Positions 30,182-40,954 of a DNA stretch of 58,205 nucleotides are shown piece after piece; position 1 is the stretch's first letter, and each line of letters starts with the position of its first letter. This DNA is from Promethearchaeota archaeon (GTDB lineage: Archaea > Asgardarchaeota > Lokiarchaeia > Sigyniarchaeales > SOKP01), in contig JAFGOA010000171.1 of NCBI GenBank assembly GCA_016926735.1, positions 1 through 58,205 of the forward strand, in the 5' to 3' direction. The position numbers and the translations under genes were made by a program. The notes under the pieces were generated by a model that searched no databases, had not been told where the DNA came from, and saw nothing but the letters and a program-made list of their open reading frames with translations.

Positions 30182-30586
30182 TCATTCATGAAAGTCACAA
30201 TTATAGCATATTTCTTTCAGAATTGGAATAAATGTTTTAAATCTTCCAACTTCATATGGTGAAAAATTATTTCCGAATGTCTCAATAAATTTAGATGCTA
30301 CTTTATTTCCTTGTTTTTTCCAGAAATCAACTGAATCATCTTTATCTACTAATAGAATAACATAGATTAGATTATATGGAACTAATATGCAATTATGACC
30401 CCTTTCTCCGATAGTTGATATCAATACAACTGTACCAATGTTTAATTCTTTTGAAATATTTTGCATAGCTGAAAGAAATCCAGTAAAAATATCTGAATGT
30501 TCTGATTTAAAGGGTGTAGATTCTTCTCGGTAATCCAGTAGTTTTACTCCTGATTTAGCATCTTGGATTAAAATTATATCTAACAT
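30182..30586 (-). CDS. Longin/roadblock-like small protein (Asgard type)
   Basis: ILIQDAKSGVKLL...IFTGFLSAMQNISKEL...F pattern. Confidence 0.65.
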   Translation of the reverse strand: MLDIILIQDAKSGVKLLDYREESTPFKSEHSDIFTGFLSAMQNISKELNIGTVVLISTIGERGHNCILVPYNLIYVILLVDKDDSVDFWKKQGNKVASKFIETFGNNFSPYEVGRFKTFIPILKEICYNCDFHE

Positions 30587-30850
30587 ATCTAATCTTATTA
30601 AAATATTAAAAGAAAAAACTAATTATTAATAGTTAATAGTATAATTAAACTATATCGAAACTAATTCTTTTAATAATTTTGTTGAAGATATTCTTTTTTT
30701 AAAGAAATCATATATCTAACCAAATAATGCGTTTGAGAGCTTATATTCCGTATAACATAGTAATTATCCTAACCAATATAAAAAAAAAGAATTAACATTA
30801 ATCCTTAAATATAAATTAAAATTATTTACCGTAAAAATAAGGACAAAATA

Positions 30851-31342
30851 ATGCCTATTTGTACAAAATGCAAAAATAGACTTGAAGTTTCTCAACTTGA
30901 AGAAATTGACGATATTTTAATATGTCATTCTTGCTTATATGAAAAATCGAAACCATTTAAAATCTTTCCTATAGGATTTGTAGAGAATGAATTAGCGAGA
31001 GGTTTAAATTTTGGATTGAAAGGAAATAAATCAAATATTTCTAAAATTCATCTCTTTGAATCTCAAAAACAGTTTCTTTATAAATTAGAAGATGAAAAAT
31101 GGATAATGATTGTTTATTATTTTCATAAACCACGTAATATTCGCTCTGTTTTTCCAAGAGGGTTAGATAATAAAAATGTAGGAATTTTCGCGACTCGAAC
31201 GCCAGATAGATTATCTCGTATTGGGATTTCAAATGTAGAATTAATAAAAATAGAAGATCTTATTTTATTTGTTAAAAATCTTGACGCAATAAACGAAACA
31301 CCAGTTTTAGATATTAAATTAGGAGAAAAATCAAGATGGTAA
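30851..31342 (+). CDS. TsaA/TrmO-like SAM-binding methyltransferase with N-terminal zinc finger
   Basis: CTKC..CHSC, PIGFV, GIFATRTPDR, LDAINETPVLDIK. Confidence 0.85.
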   Translation: MPICTKCKNRLEVSQLEEIDDILICHSCLYEKSKPFKIFPIGFVENELARGLNFGLKGNKSNISKIHLFESQKQFLYKLEDEKWIMIVYYFHKPRNIRSVFPRGLDNKNVGIFATRTPDRLSRIGISNVELIKIEDLILFVKNLDAINETPVLDIKLGEKSRW

Positions 31343-31374
31343 ATTAGAAATAATTAATTAAATTTTTATTTTTA

Positions 31375-31956
31375 ATGTCTGTAGAAGTGTTTAAAAATAA
31401 AATTGAAGTTATAGATAATAATCTCTATTTAGGAAATTTAGGTATTAAAGATATCTCTCAAATTAAAGGTTTAGAAAAATTAACTGAACTTAAGAATCTT
31501 AATTTATTTAATAATAAGATTATTAACATACAACACTTAGAATCTTTACAAAATCTTGAAAAATTAAATTTATATGGAAACTTAATAAAAGAAATTTCAG
31601 GTCTTGATAATTTATGTAATTTAAAAATCTTGTATCTTTCTAATAATCAAATTAAATATATTAAAAATCTTGATTCTCTCCATAATTTAGAAATTCTATC
31701 TTTTGAAGATAATATGATTGAGAAAATTGAAGGATTATCTATATTACATAATTTAAAAGAATTGAATTTATTTGGGAATCAAATAAAAATAATTCAAGGA
31801 ATTGAATCTCTTAATAATTTAACCAAATTAAGAATAGGGCAAAATTTAATACCTAAAGATGTATTGGAAGAATGTGGAGGTATTGATGAGAGAGGCTATG
31901 CTAAAAACCCCATAAAATTTGTTGATTATTCTTCCACAAAGAAAGTAAAAAATTAA
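31375..31956 (+). CDS. Leucine-rich repeat protein (SDS22-like 22-aa repeats)
   Basis: About 6 repeats of LxxLxLxxNxIxxIxGL. Confidence 0.9.
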   Translation: MSVEVFKNKIEVIDNNLYLGNLGIKDISQIKGLEKLTELKNLNLFNNKIINIQHLESLQNLEKLNLYGNLIKEISGLDNLCNLKILYLSNNQIKYIKNLDSLHNLEILSFEDNMIEKIEGLSILHNLKELNLFGNQIKIIQGIESLNNLTKLRIGQNLIPKDVLEECGGIDERGYAKNPIKFVDYSSTKKVKN

Positions 31957-32160
31957 GTCCTATATCATGAAATAGATCTCTTAAAACTATAATGAATAAT
32001 AAACCTATCATATAATCGTAATTCTACTGAAAAAAATATTTTTCTATAAACGTAAATATTAATATTTCGCTAAATTAATTCTTTTAAATTATCTTAAACA
32101 TTTATATGAATAATAAAATTTTTACATATATGAATTAATTTATAACAATAAAGAGAATCA

Positions 32161-32883
32161 ATGAATTTAATAAAATTAACTATCTTAATTGATGATTTAA
32201 ATGAATCTGAACCAGGTTATGTATTATCTTATGGCTTTTCTGTTCTAATTGAAATCGAGGATAAAAAAATATTATTTGATACAGGTACTAATGTAGAGCC
32301 GTTGTTAAAAAATCTCAAGAAATTTGGGCTTAGGCCATCTTCAATTAATGCATTGATTTTATCACATAACCATTATGATCATACAGATGGTACTTTTGGG
32401 ATTTTACCAGAGAATTATGATTTACCTGTATATGTTCACAAAGATTGGAATGTACCTGTAAAATATCAGGGAAAAACGATCCCTAAAAAAAATTTAATAA
32501 TAAATAAAAAAGGAAGGGCAATTGAAGAACTCCAAGGTATTTTTTTAACCGATTCATATTTTTCCTCAGATTATGGGGGAATATATGAGCAAGCCTGTTA
32601 TATTAAGACAAAAGATGCATATATTCTACTATGTGGATGTTGCCATCCGGGATTAAATAATTTTCTGAAAGATAGAAAAAAATTATTTTTTCCTTTAAAT
32701 TCTAAATTGCATTTGATAGGTGGAATGCATAGCTTTGCATTTACAGAACAACAAGCTGTAGAATTAAATCCATTTATTAAATCGGTTATATTATGTCATT
32801 GTAGTATAAAGATTGATGTATTTCAAAAACAATTTGGAGAAAAATGCGAATTAGGTGTTGTAGGAAAAACTTTGATATTTTAG
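32161..32883 (+). CDS. MBL-fold metallo-hydrolase
   Basis: LFDTG, SHNHYDHTDG, GCCHPG, IGGMH, CHC. Confidence 0.9.
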   Translation: MNLIKLTILIDDLNESEPGYVLSYGFSVLIEIEDKKILFDTGTNVEPLLKNLKKFGLRPSSINALILSHNHYDHTDGTFGILPENYDLPVYVHKDWNVPVKYQGKTIPKKNLIINKKGRAIEELQGIFLTDSYFSSDYGGIYEQACYIKTKDAYILLCGCCHPGLNNFLKDRKKLFFPLNSKLHLIGGMHSFAFTEQQAVELNPFIKSVILCHCSIKIDVFQKQFGEKCELGVVGKTLIF

Positions 32884-33014
32884 TTCTAAGAAATTAAAAT
32901 ATTTTGTAGTTTTTAATTGGTTTTGAATTTTTTATTTAATTTCATAAAAATCAAGAAAATTAATTTTAAAAAGGAATTAGCTATGAATATAATTAATTAT
33001 AAATTAATTATTTA

Positions 33015-33380
33015 TCAATTTTTTCTATATCTTCTTCCAGATTTTTTGCTTTTTCTATAATCATAAATAAATTTAATTATTCGAAGGATTATTGCAACTA
33101 ATGCACTTATAGCCGCCCAAATCCATGCATTTTCCCACCAATTAGGTTCTGAATCATTTAATACTTGAATTATTATATTATTAAACTGACAAGAGTTATT
33201 TAGATCTATATTGATACTCATTATTCTATGATATTTTAAATATATAAAATTGTCATACGAAGGATCTAATAATTTGAATTTAGCAATATTTTGAACTAAA
33301 ATAAAACTAAAAAAAAATGATATCAGGAGTATAGAATAAATTAAAATGTTATATTCGGATTTATTTAGTTCTTCTTTCAA
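33015..33380 (-). CDS. Hypothetical membrane protein
   Basis: 121-aa ORF with 2 TM; TTG start. Confidence 0.45.
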   Translation of the reverse strand: MKEELNKSEYNILIYSILLISFFFSFILVQNIAKFKLLDPSYDNFIYLKYHRIMSINIDLNNSCQFNNIIIQVLNDSEPNWWENAWIWAAISALVAIILRIIKFIYDYRKSKKSGRRYRKN

Positions 33381-33582
33381 TATAGTTGTTTATCCTTTCT
33401 TTTGATTGGATTATATAGTAGTTATAATTATTTAAAATTATATTTTTCTATCAATGAGAATAGAAAATGTTGTAGAATCAGATGAAAATCTAAGATTCTT
33501 TATCAGCAAGAGCCATCCATCCTTTGATTAAGCAAATTAAAAAGATATTCTTCTTTCTTTTTTTTCATTATAATAATGCGAT

Positions 33583-33735
33583 TTAAAAAGAAATTTCGAG
33601 AATTAACTTCTTTTTTTCCTTTGGAATATCGCTTAATGCATTAATAAAGCCCATATTAATGTTAGTAAGAACTGTGCTCATTATTTTATTTAATCGAATT
33701 TCTTTCTCGTTTATTTGTAATTTGACTTCTGTCAT
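33583..33735 (-). CDS. Small 50-aa protein missed by the ORF track (MobB C-terminal-like)
   Basis: MTEVKLQINEKEIRLNKIMSTVLTNINMGFINALSDIPKEKKKLILEISF; co-oriented, following the ferredoxin. Confidence 0.6.
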   Translation of the reverse strand: MTEVKLQINEKEIRLNKIMSTVLTNINMGFINALSDIPKEKKKLILEISF

Positions 33736-33802
33736 ATCAAATATGAATTTTTAATTTTACTTAATTTTAACTTATTTTCAAATACAATTCTTGAAACTTT
33801 TA

Positions 33803-34222
33803 TTAATTGATTTCAGGTATAATGGCCTTATTTGGACAATTTTTGAAGCATTCTAAACATTTAGAGCATTCAGAAAAATTTTCTTCTTGGAATTTGATCG
33901 ATTCTTTTCCTTTTTCATTCTTCTGGAGTTCAAAAAGATTTTTAGAGCAAAAACCATTATTTAGACAAATCTTGCAAAGATTACATTTTTTTGAATCAAT
34001 TAAAAATCCTTTTAATCGTCCTTCCTTAATAGAAATAACTTCGATTGCTCCATGTTCACAAACTTCAACACACTTTAAACATCCCTTACATTTATCATAA
34101 TCTACATAGCGCATTGAATTTCTAAAAAATACTGCTTTCGGATGGCAACTATACATGCATTTTAGACATCTAATACATAAATTGGGATTAATACTAATTG
34201 GAAAAAATTTTTCATTATTCAT
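33803..34222 (-). CDS. Polyferredoxin (four 4Fe-4S motifs)
   Basis: Four CxxCxxCxxx(x)C motifs. Confidence 0.9.
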   Translation of the reverse strand: MNNEKFFPISINPNLCIRCLKCMYSCHPKAVFFRNSMRYVDYDKCKGCLKCVEVCEHGAIEVISIKEGRLKGFLIDSKKCNLCKICLNNGFCSKNLFELQKNEKGKESIKFQEENFSECSKCLECFKNCPNKAIIPEIN

Positions 34223-34249
34223 ATAAATTAATAATCCCCTCTATATCTT

Positions 34250-35029
34250 TTAAGATAATATCTTTTTAAAGATTCGTTTCGCCTTATTATAAGCTTCATT
34301 GTTGTTTGGCAAATCTAAAAGATTTTTACCAAATAAATTATATTTCATAATTTCTGAGTTTTCGGGGATCAATCCTAATAATTTGATTCTTATTTCAGTT
34401 AGCATTTTAACTTTTTCTTTAAGCATATACCAATTATTATCTAAAAACTTATTTCCTAAAACCCAGTAATTTTGAAAATTCAAAGTTACTTCTTTTGATA
34501 TATCTAATATTTGTTTTAACGTATGGAAGGACATTTTACTCGGATCTACTACTATAATCAAATCAGACACATCCTTTGTCGTTTTTCGGGCAAAATGTTC
34601 TAAACCAGCAGGAGTATCCACCAAAACAAGATCATAAGCCTCTGAAATAATATCAAAAGCATTTTTTAAAACATTATTTACACTACAATAGCAACCTTCA
34701 CCCTCAGTTCGACCCATTTCTATTAAGTCAAAATTCTTAAAATGGAGTAAACAATTAAAAATTTCAGCTTCAATAGCTTGTTTACTATCCTTATAAGGGG
34801 CAAGCATCTTCATTTTGATTCTTTTCATGATTTCATGCATTTTACCCCCTATAGTATTTTCAAAATGCACGTTCTTGCCCACTAAATCCACAACATTTGC
34901 ATCCGGATCTGCATCTATAACCAAGATTTTATTATAGTTTCCATTCTGGATCAAAAATTTTAAACAAAGAACTAATGAAGTTGTTTTTCCAACTCCGCCT
35001 TTTCCTGTGAATGCTATGGATCTATACAT
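34250..35029 (-). CDS. cooC: CooC/AcsF-type nickel-insertion ATPase
   Basis: GKGGVGKTT, IDADPD, GEGCYC, DTPAGLEHF. Confidence 0.85.
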   Translation of the reverse strand: MYRSIAFTGKGGVGKTTSLVLCLKFLIQNGNYNKILVIDADPDANVVDLVGKNVHFENTIGGKMHEIMKRIKMKMLAPYKDSKQAIEAEIFNCLLHFKNFDLIEMGRTEGEGCYCSVNNVLKNAFDIISEAYDLVLVDTPAGLEHFARKTTKDVSDLIIVVDPSKMSFHTLKQILDISKEVTLNFQNYWVLGNKFLDNNWYMLKEKVKMLTEIRIKLLGLIPENSEIMKYNLFGKNLLDLPNNNEAYNKAKRIFKKILS

Positions 35030-35186
35030 TATATTTCCATTCTCTCTTTTTGTATTTTTTCTAATATTTAATAGATATAATCTGATATCTCTGTTTCTAT
35101 TATCGTCTAAGTCTGGTTACTTATATTTATAAAATATTAAGATATTTTAAAATGATTAGAAGGATTAAGTGGAATCATGAAATTGT

Positions 35187-35744
35187 TTAATCATCCGAAA
35201 TTTTTATCTGATTTAGATTAAAAATTTGATTACTCAATTTTTGAATATTCTTCAATGCTTCTTCATCTTTCGAAACATCCCCTTCTCGGAAGCCAAAGCC
35301 GATCACTCCAGGAATCTTATTTAAATTAAGCCGTGATAAATATCCTTCCATCTCATTAATACCTCCACCAAGGTCCCGCCGTCCAACGATAATATAGCTA
35401 CCGATTTTTCCTTGTAATTGTCCTTTCCTTAAATGCCAAGTTCTTTCCATGAAAGCTCTCATGTAGGAAGTAACTCCACCCATAAAAATAGGACTCCCTA
35501 AAATAATGACCAAGGCTTCCCTAAGTTTAAGATAGAGAGATTGCATGTCATCTTTAATGGAACATTCCTCGTTTTCCATACAATAATAACATTCCTTACA
35601 TGAACTAATATCATATTCTTTTAGATATATCTTTTCAGTTTTAAACCCTTTTGTCAACATATCTAAAAGGGTATCCATTAAAAACACGGTATTACCATTT
35701 TTTCGGGGTGATCCAATAATTCCGATTACTTTTTTCTTTTCCAT
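35187..35744 (-). CDS. Iron-sulfur flavoprotein / flavodoxin family
   Basis: GSPRKNGNT, CKECYYC..C..DDM, GSPIF. Confidence 0.9.
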   Translation of the reverse strand: MEKKKVIGIIGSPRKNGNTVFLMDTLLDMLTKGFKTEKIYLKEYDISSCKECYYCMENEECSIKDDMQSLYLKLREALVIILGSPIFMGGVTSYMRAFMERTWHLRKGQLQGKIGSYIIVGRRDLGGGINEMEGYLSRLNLNKIPGVIGFGFREGDVSKDEEALKNIQKLSNQIFNLNQIKISDD

Positions 35745-35790
35745 TATTATTTCCAGATATTAAATCCTGTTCGTTTAAAACATGAATCAC

Positions 35791-36135
35791 TTACATCTGC
35801 TCAATTATTTTTTTTAATATTATTTCTCCGGTTGCTCCAATCATAACACCTCTATTAACTAAGGTTTCTCCATGAATTTTAATGTCTTTATCTAATAATT
35901 TTCCGTCCTTGAAAAATAGTAGAGTTGGTACAGCATAGACATTCAATATTTGACTTAATTCATGATTTTCATCGATATTAATCTTTATTAATTCTATAAA
36001 CCCTTCATCTCTAAACTTTTCTAAAACGGGTGTTAGTAGTTTACAAGGTCCACACCAATCAGAAGATATGTCTACTATGAGTTTTCCTTTATTAGAGCCA
36101 TCAATACCATATTGCCTTAATTCTTTTATATCCAT
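35791..36135 (-). CDS. trxA: Thioredoxin
   Basis: WCGPC, VPTLLFFKDG. Confidence 0.9.
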   Translation of the reverse strand: MDIKELRQYGIDGSNKGKLIVDISSDWCGPCKLLTPVLEKFRDEGFIELIKINIDENHELSQILNVYAVPTLLFFKDGKLLDKDIKIHGETLVNRGVMIGATGEIILKKIIEQM

Positions 36136-36179
36136 ATGATGACCTATGATTTTATTTTCAACGATCTTATCTTATTATA

Positions 36180-36195
36180 TTGAATAAATATTCAT
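36180..36195. promoter_or_regulatory. Operator copy 2
   Basis: TTGAATAAATATTCAT, about 45 bp upstream of trxA. Confidence 0.55.
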
Positions 36196-36205
36196 GATCG
36201 AATAA

Positions 36206-36520
36206 TCATGTAATTAAAAGAATATTCTCTTTTAAGTATTTTGAATAATCATTCAGAAAAAATTTTATACTAAAAATTAGATGATCCGCTTCTAACAAAT
36301 TTAACATAATCAGCATTACCCTCATTGACCTTATTACCCGCTTCATTTCGACGATAATTTTATTTTTGGGAAAATAATTCTTTCTTTCGTTAGCAAAATT
36401 TGTCATTTTTTATAATTAATAATATGTGCATTGATAATTACAAGTCTTTGAAGGAACGGGATCAGTTTCAAATGACTTTCATACTTTCTTGATGGGAACA
36501 GATTCATAAACATTTTTCAT
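36206..36520 (-). pseudogene. Decayed radical SAM gene (5' fragment)
   Basis: MKNVYESVP...*KSFETDPVPSKTCNYQCTYY*L*KMTNFANERKNYF: eroded CxxxCxxC motif, three stops; shifted frame reads DYVKFVRSG. Confidence 0.7.
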
Positions 36521-36534
36521 GATTACATTATTCA

Positions 36535-36936
36535 CTAAAAATAATGATGATCATGATGCTCATCTGCTTCTGAATGAATCTTTTCAACACCATATCCTTT
36601 ACCTCCTCCTGGAGAACATAGACTTTTACCACCTTCAAGCGTTCCATCTAATATTTTTTTAATAACGTTCTTTATTTTCCCGGTTATTCCCAAAATAACC
36701 TCTATTCCATATTGGTTGAAAAATTGTATGGCTCTCGGACCCATTCCTCCCGTAATCATAATACTTGCACCTTGCTCGTGCACGAATTTTGGGATAGAAC
36801 CAACTTCATGTCCAGGATTGGGAAGTATTTTTTCTTGAACTATTTCATTGTTTTCTATTGTTAAAAATGTAAATTCAGGTGCTCGTCCAAAGTGAGCACA
36901 TATTTCATCTCCATCAGTACTAATGGCAACTTTAAT
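36535..36936 (-). CDS. NifB/NifX-family Fe-Mo cofactor-binding protein, extended upstream
   Basis: IKVAISTDGDEICAHFGRAPEF...GGMGPRA; His-rich tail; ATT start 8 nt after GGAGGTG. Confidence 0.85.
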   Translation of the reverse strand: MKVAISTDGDEICAHFGRAPEFTFLTIENNEIVQEKILPNPGHEVGSIPKFVHEQGASIMITGGMGPRAIQFFNQYGIEVILGITGKIKNVIKKILDGTLEGGKSLCSPGGGKGYGVEKIHSEADEHHDHHYF

Positions 36937-37003
36937 TTTTTTTTCACCTCCTTAAAATTTTACAATAGATAATTTATGTAATATAATTAATATTTTTATT
37001 ATT

Positions 37004-37492
37004 TCATTTGTTTCTGACGGGTTTATATTGATTTTTATAAATTTCAATAGTATGTTTTAATGTTCTTATTGCTAATTCGGCACAATGTTTATGATCCTCG
37101 GGGAGACCTTTTAATGCTTTATCGATGTCTTCTGCTGTTAGTTTTTCTGCATAGTCCAAAGGTTTTTCTTCAATTAAAAGCATTGTTTGACATGCGGCAG
37201 CAAAAGAAGCCCTACACCCATTTGTGATAAAGTTTGCTTTTTCAATTTTATCTCCATTTATTTTTAAAAAAAATTCCATTGAATCTCCACAGGGACCCTC
37301 ATAAGAATGTGATACTGTTATTTCTTCATCAGGCAGCTTACCCCATTTCTGAGGATTATGAAATAAGTTTATAATATACTTATTATATTCTTCTAAATCC
37401 TTTTCTTTTAAGTCTCCTTGAAGTTTTTTTATAAAATCATTAGATTTATTTTTAGACACGTCTTTTGAACCAATTTTAATTCTTTTATCCAT
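37004..37492 (-). CDS. IscU/NifU-like Fe-S scaffold protein
   Basis: GPCGDSM, NGC, HKHCAELA. Confidence 0.9.
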   Translation of the reverse strand: MDKRIKIGSKDVSKNKSNDFIKKLQGDLKEKDLEEYNKYIINLFHNPQKWGKLPDEEITVSHSYEGPCGDSMEFFLKINGDKIEKANFITNGCRASFAAACQTMLLIEEKPLDYAEKLTAEDIDKALKGLPEDHKHCAELAIRTLKHTIEIYKNQYKPVRNK

Positions 37493-37542
37493 GATAGATT
37501 TTCTTCTTAATCATGGAAATTTATATATTATTTTAATTAATC

Positions 37543-37558
37543 ATGAATAATTATTCAT
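37543..37558. promoter_or_regulatory. Operator copy 3 (perfect palindrome)
   Basis: ATGAATAATTATTCAT, about 50 bp upstream of the IscU-like gene. Confidence 0.65.
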
Positions 37559-37843
37559 TATGTATATTAATATTTTTTTAATCTTATAATAGCTTTAAGG
37601 TGAGATATAATTCGCTTGATATTGTAAGAATGAGATGGAACTATTTAAGAATCATCTAAGATCGTTCCAATAATACGATTATTATCAATATCCATTGTTA
37701 AAATGAAAATAAATAAAAGATTTTTAAATTTAGAGAATATGATATAAATTTCTTTCATATGTAAGACTATAAGGTTATATTTGTTTTAATTACAAAAAAA
37801 GAAAAAAAAGAAAATATTTGGATAATTTAACTACAATATAAAA

Positions 37844-40075
37844 TTATAATACTATTCCTCCATCAACAATATCCCAATTATAATTATCTTTAAGATATTG
37901 TCTTGCATCAGCAGCAGCTCCCAAGCTATATTTTGACCCACCAGCAACAAAACGTACGTCAAATTGTAGAGAGGGTAAACTTGCCCATCCTATTAATAAA
38001 CTATCATAATTTACCGTAGATAAAGTGACATATCTAAACATATTATCCATGTTTGAAACACTAGAAATATTCCAACTCCCAATATTTTGATCAAAAGAAG
38101 AAGCTTCTGAGAACATATAACTCATATCGGTAACATAAGAAACACTCCAATTCCCGATATCTTGGTTAAAAGAAGAAGCTTCTGAGAACATATAACTCAT
38201 ATCTGTAACACTAGAAACACTCCAATTCCCGATATCTTGGTTAAAAGAAGAAGCTCCTGAGAACATATGATTCATATCTGTAACATTAGAAACAGTCCAA
38301 TTCCCGATATCTTGGTTAAAATCCCAAGCTTCTGAGAACATATGATTCATATCTGTAACATTGGAAACAGTCCAATTCCCGATATCTTGGTTAAAGTCAT
38401 AAGCAGCAGTGAACATATAACTCATATCTAAAACATTGGAAATATTCCACTTATCGAGAGGTTGATTGAAATAATGAGCCTCTCTGAATAAACTAGCCAT
38501 ATTTGTAACACTAGATACAGTCCAATTTCCAATATCTTGGTCGAAGGAGGTTGCAAAGTAGAACATAGCTTCCATGCTTTCAACATTGGATACATTCCAG
38601 TTTCCGATAGATTGATTGAAGTAAAAAGTATCAGAAAACATATAACTCATATCTATAACATTGGAAACATTCCATTTATCAAGAGGTTGATTGAAATAAT
38701 AAGCCTGATGGAACATATGTCTCATATCTATAACATTGGAAACATTCCATTTATTGATATTTTGATTGAAGGATTGAGCCCTATAGAACATACCGTACAT
38801 AATCTCAACTCCTGAGACATTCCAATCACCAATAGGTTGGTTAAAGTCATAAGCACTAGCGAACATATTACTCATATCGATAACATGGGAAACAGTCCAA
38901 TTTTCGATATTTTGGTTGAAATCACTAGCACCGGCAAATAATCCACTCATATCTCTAACATTGGAAACATCCCATCCACCTATAGATTGATTAAAAGAAG
39001 TAGCTAAATAAAACATACTATTCATGTTTTCAACGCTGGAAACATCCCATTCTCCAATATTTTGGTTGAAATCAGAAGCTCTTTCGAACATATTACTCAT
39101 GTCTGTAACACTGAAAACAGTCCAATTTCCAATATCTTGGTTAAAAGAAAGAGCTAAATTGAACATATTATTCATATCTAAAACATTAGATACATTCCAA
39201 TTTCCTATATCCTCATTAAAGTTATCAGCAGAAAAGAACATATAACTCATATCTGTAACGTTAGAAACATCCCAACTATTCATATTTCCAGAATTACCAA
39301 GAAAATTACATCCTCTAAAGGCTTGATAGAGTGTAGTTGTCCCTGTTAGGTCTAAAGTATCTGTAGCAGTGATATTTAAATTATAACATCCATAGAAATA
39401 GCTACCAGAATTTCCTAATCTTAAATCACCCCATTGTTGAATTTTAAGTAATTTAATCCAATCACCTCCATCATTAAATCTCCATCCAATCAAAGTACCA
39501 TCGATTCTAATCGTGTATACTCCTATTGAAGTATATGTATGAGTTACTTCATCTTGATCCCAGTTTGTAATTGTATCAGCAGTTCCATCGCCCCAAATCA
39601 CTGTAAAATTATAGATTCCACTTGATTCCAATGGTAATTTAACCTGATGCTCATTAGTAGACTCTGTACTTGTCCTATATGTATCCCATATTGAAACAAA
39701 AGATGATCCAGACTCTATTGCATCAACGACGAATGAAACTGATGCTGTCCCAATATTTCCAGCTGAATCATTTGCCCATGCAGTTATAGTATTCAAACCT
39801 TCACTAAATGTAATGGAATGTGGGGACGTATAAGTTACATTCGAGCCATCATTCCATTTATACCAGATAGTATCGATTGCGATATTATCTAACGCTGAAA
39901 TCTCTAATAATTGACTAGCATCATAATAAGTGGTGCTTATAGGACTATTTATTTCTATTGTTGGATTTATTGTATCCTTCTTTTCAATAGGTAAAAGTAG
40001 TACTACACCAATAATAATAGAACTTATAGCAATGATTGATGTTATGAATATTGCTATAATTTTTTTATTAATCAT
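37844..40075 (-). CDS. BspA/DUF285-repeat surface protein with Ig and PKD domains
   Basis: N-terminal TM, DTINPTI Ig-like domain, WGDG PKD motif, about 17 repeats of 25 aa ([20 protein letters not shown]). Confidence 0.9.
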   Translation of the reverse strand: MINKKIIAIFITSIIAISSIIIGVVLLLPIEKKDTINPTIEINSPISTTYYDASQLLEISALDNIAIDTIWYKWNDGSNVTYTSPHSITFSEGLNTITAWANDSAGNIGTASVSFVVDAIESGSSFVSIWDTYRTSTESTNEHQVKLPLESSGIYNFTVIWGDGTADTITNWDQDEVTHTYTSIGVYTIRIDGTLIGWRFNDGGDWIKLLKIQQWGDLRLGNSGSYFYGCYNLNITATDTLDLTGTTTLYQAFRGCNFLGNSGNMNSWDVSNVTDMSYMFFSADNFNEDIGNWNVSNVLDMNNMFNLALSFNQDIGNWTVFSVTDMSNMFERASDFNQNIGEWDVSSVENMNSMFYLATSFNQSIGGWDVSNVRDMSGLFAGASDFNQNIENWTVSHVIDMSNMFASAYDFNQPIGDWNVSGVEIMYGMFYRAQSFNQNINKWNVSNVIDMRHMFHQAYYFNQPLDKWNVSNVIDMSYMFSDTFYFNQSIGNWNVSNVESMEAMFYFATSFDQDIGNWTVSSVTNMASLFREAHYFNQPLDKWNISNVLDMSYMFTAAYDFNQDIGNWTVSNVTDMNHMFSEAWDFNQDIGNWTVSNVTDMNHMFSGASSFNQDIGNWSVSSVTDMSYMFSEASSFNQDIGNWSVSYVTDMSYMFSEASSFDQNIGSWNISSVSNMDNMFRYVTLSTVNYDSLLIGWASLPSLQFDVRFVAGGSKYSLGAAADARQYLKDNYNWDIVDGGIVL

Positions 40076-40583
40076 TATATTCTAACACCAATATATAATT
40101 TGTTATTAAATTTCAATTTAAATACTAATTATATATTTTTTTTATTTATTAATAATTGTTAAAATTAAATAATTCTTAAAAAAGAATAAGGTATAATTTT
40201 CGCCCTATTTCTTAAAAGGATTGGATAATAGAGACAATTTTTTGTAATATTTTATATTTTATCTAATTAATATCTCTTCAGCTCAAATTCTAACTCAAAC
40301 TATAAAATTGAACTATCTATTTTATGTGAAATTATATGTCTCAGGAGATATTTTTTTTAATTTGGTAAAAATAAACTATCAAAAATAGAAATAATATTAA
40401 AAAAAATGGGTAAATAATATTTGGGTATAATCTATATAAATCAGTTCTTAGGGATTTTACAAATAATATTATATAAAATAGTTCGAAAACTACACCTTAA
40501 ATCTTTATATTTGGATAGATTTTTATCATGTAAAAAATACTCTAAAAAAATAAAACATTATAAAAGAGTTGTTCTAATAAAAT

Positions 40584-40808
40584 ATGTCTAATAAACAAAA
40601 TACAAAAAAATCAAAAATGGGAGCTGCAACTAAAATAGGAATTGCGATATCATTAGGAATTTCATTTGGTGCTATTCTCGCAGTTATATTTGGGTTAATT
40701 TTCGACAACATGAGTATTGGTATAATAGTTACAGTATCAATAGGAGTTGCGATTGGTCCATCAATTGGGCTTGTTATAGATCAAAGCAAACAATCTCATC
40801 ATAAGTAA
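40584..40808 (+). CDS. Small Gly-rich membrane protein
   Basis: 74 aa with two GxxxG-rich TM segments. Confidence 0.65.
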   Translation: MSNKQNTKKSKMGAATKIGIAISLGISFGAILAVIFGLIFDNMSIGIIVTVSIGVAIGPSIGLVIDQSKQSHHK

Positions 40809-40954
40809 AAAGCCTCTTTATTATTTTTATTAAAAATTAACACAAATAAATCTTTTTTTTTTTGGATAAGTCTATAAAATTTGGATGAATTTAGAAAAGG
40901 AGAATTATCTTTAGCCTAATTTGGATAACTAATCCTTTCACAAAGGGTTAATAT

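Noticed and set aside
37844-40075. Diversity-generating retroelement explanation for the near-identical repeats
   Set aside because: No reverse transcriptase or separate template repeat; these are ordinary in-frame protein repeats
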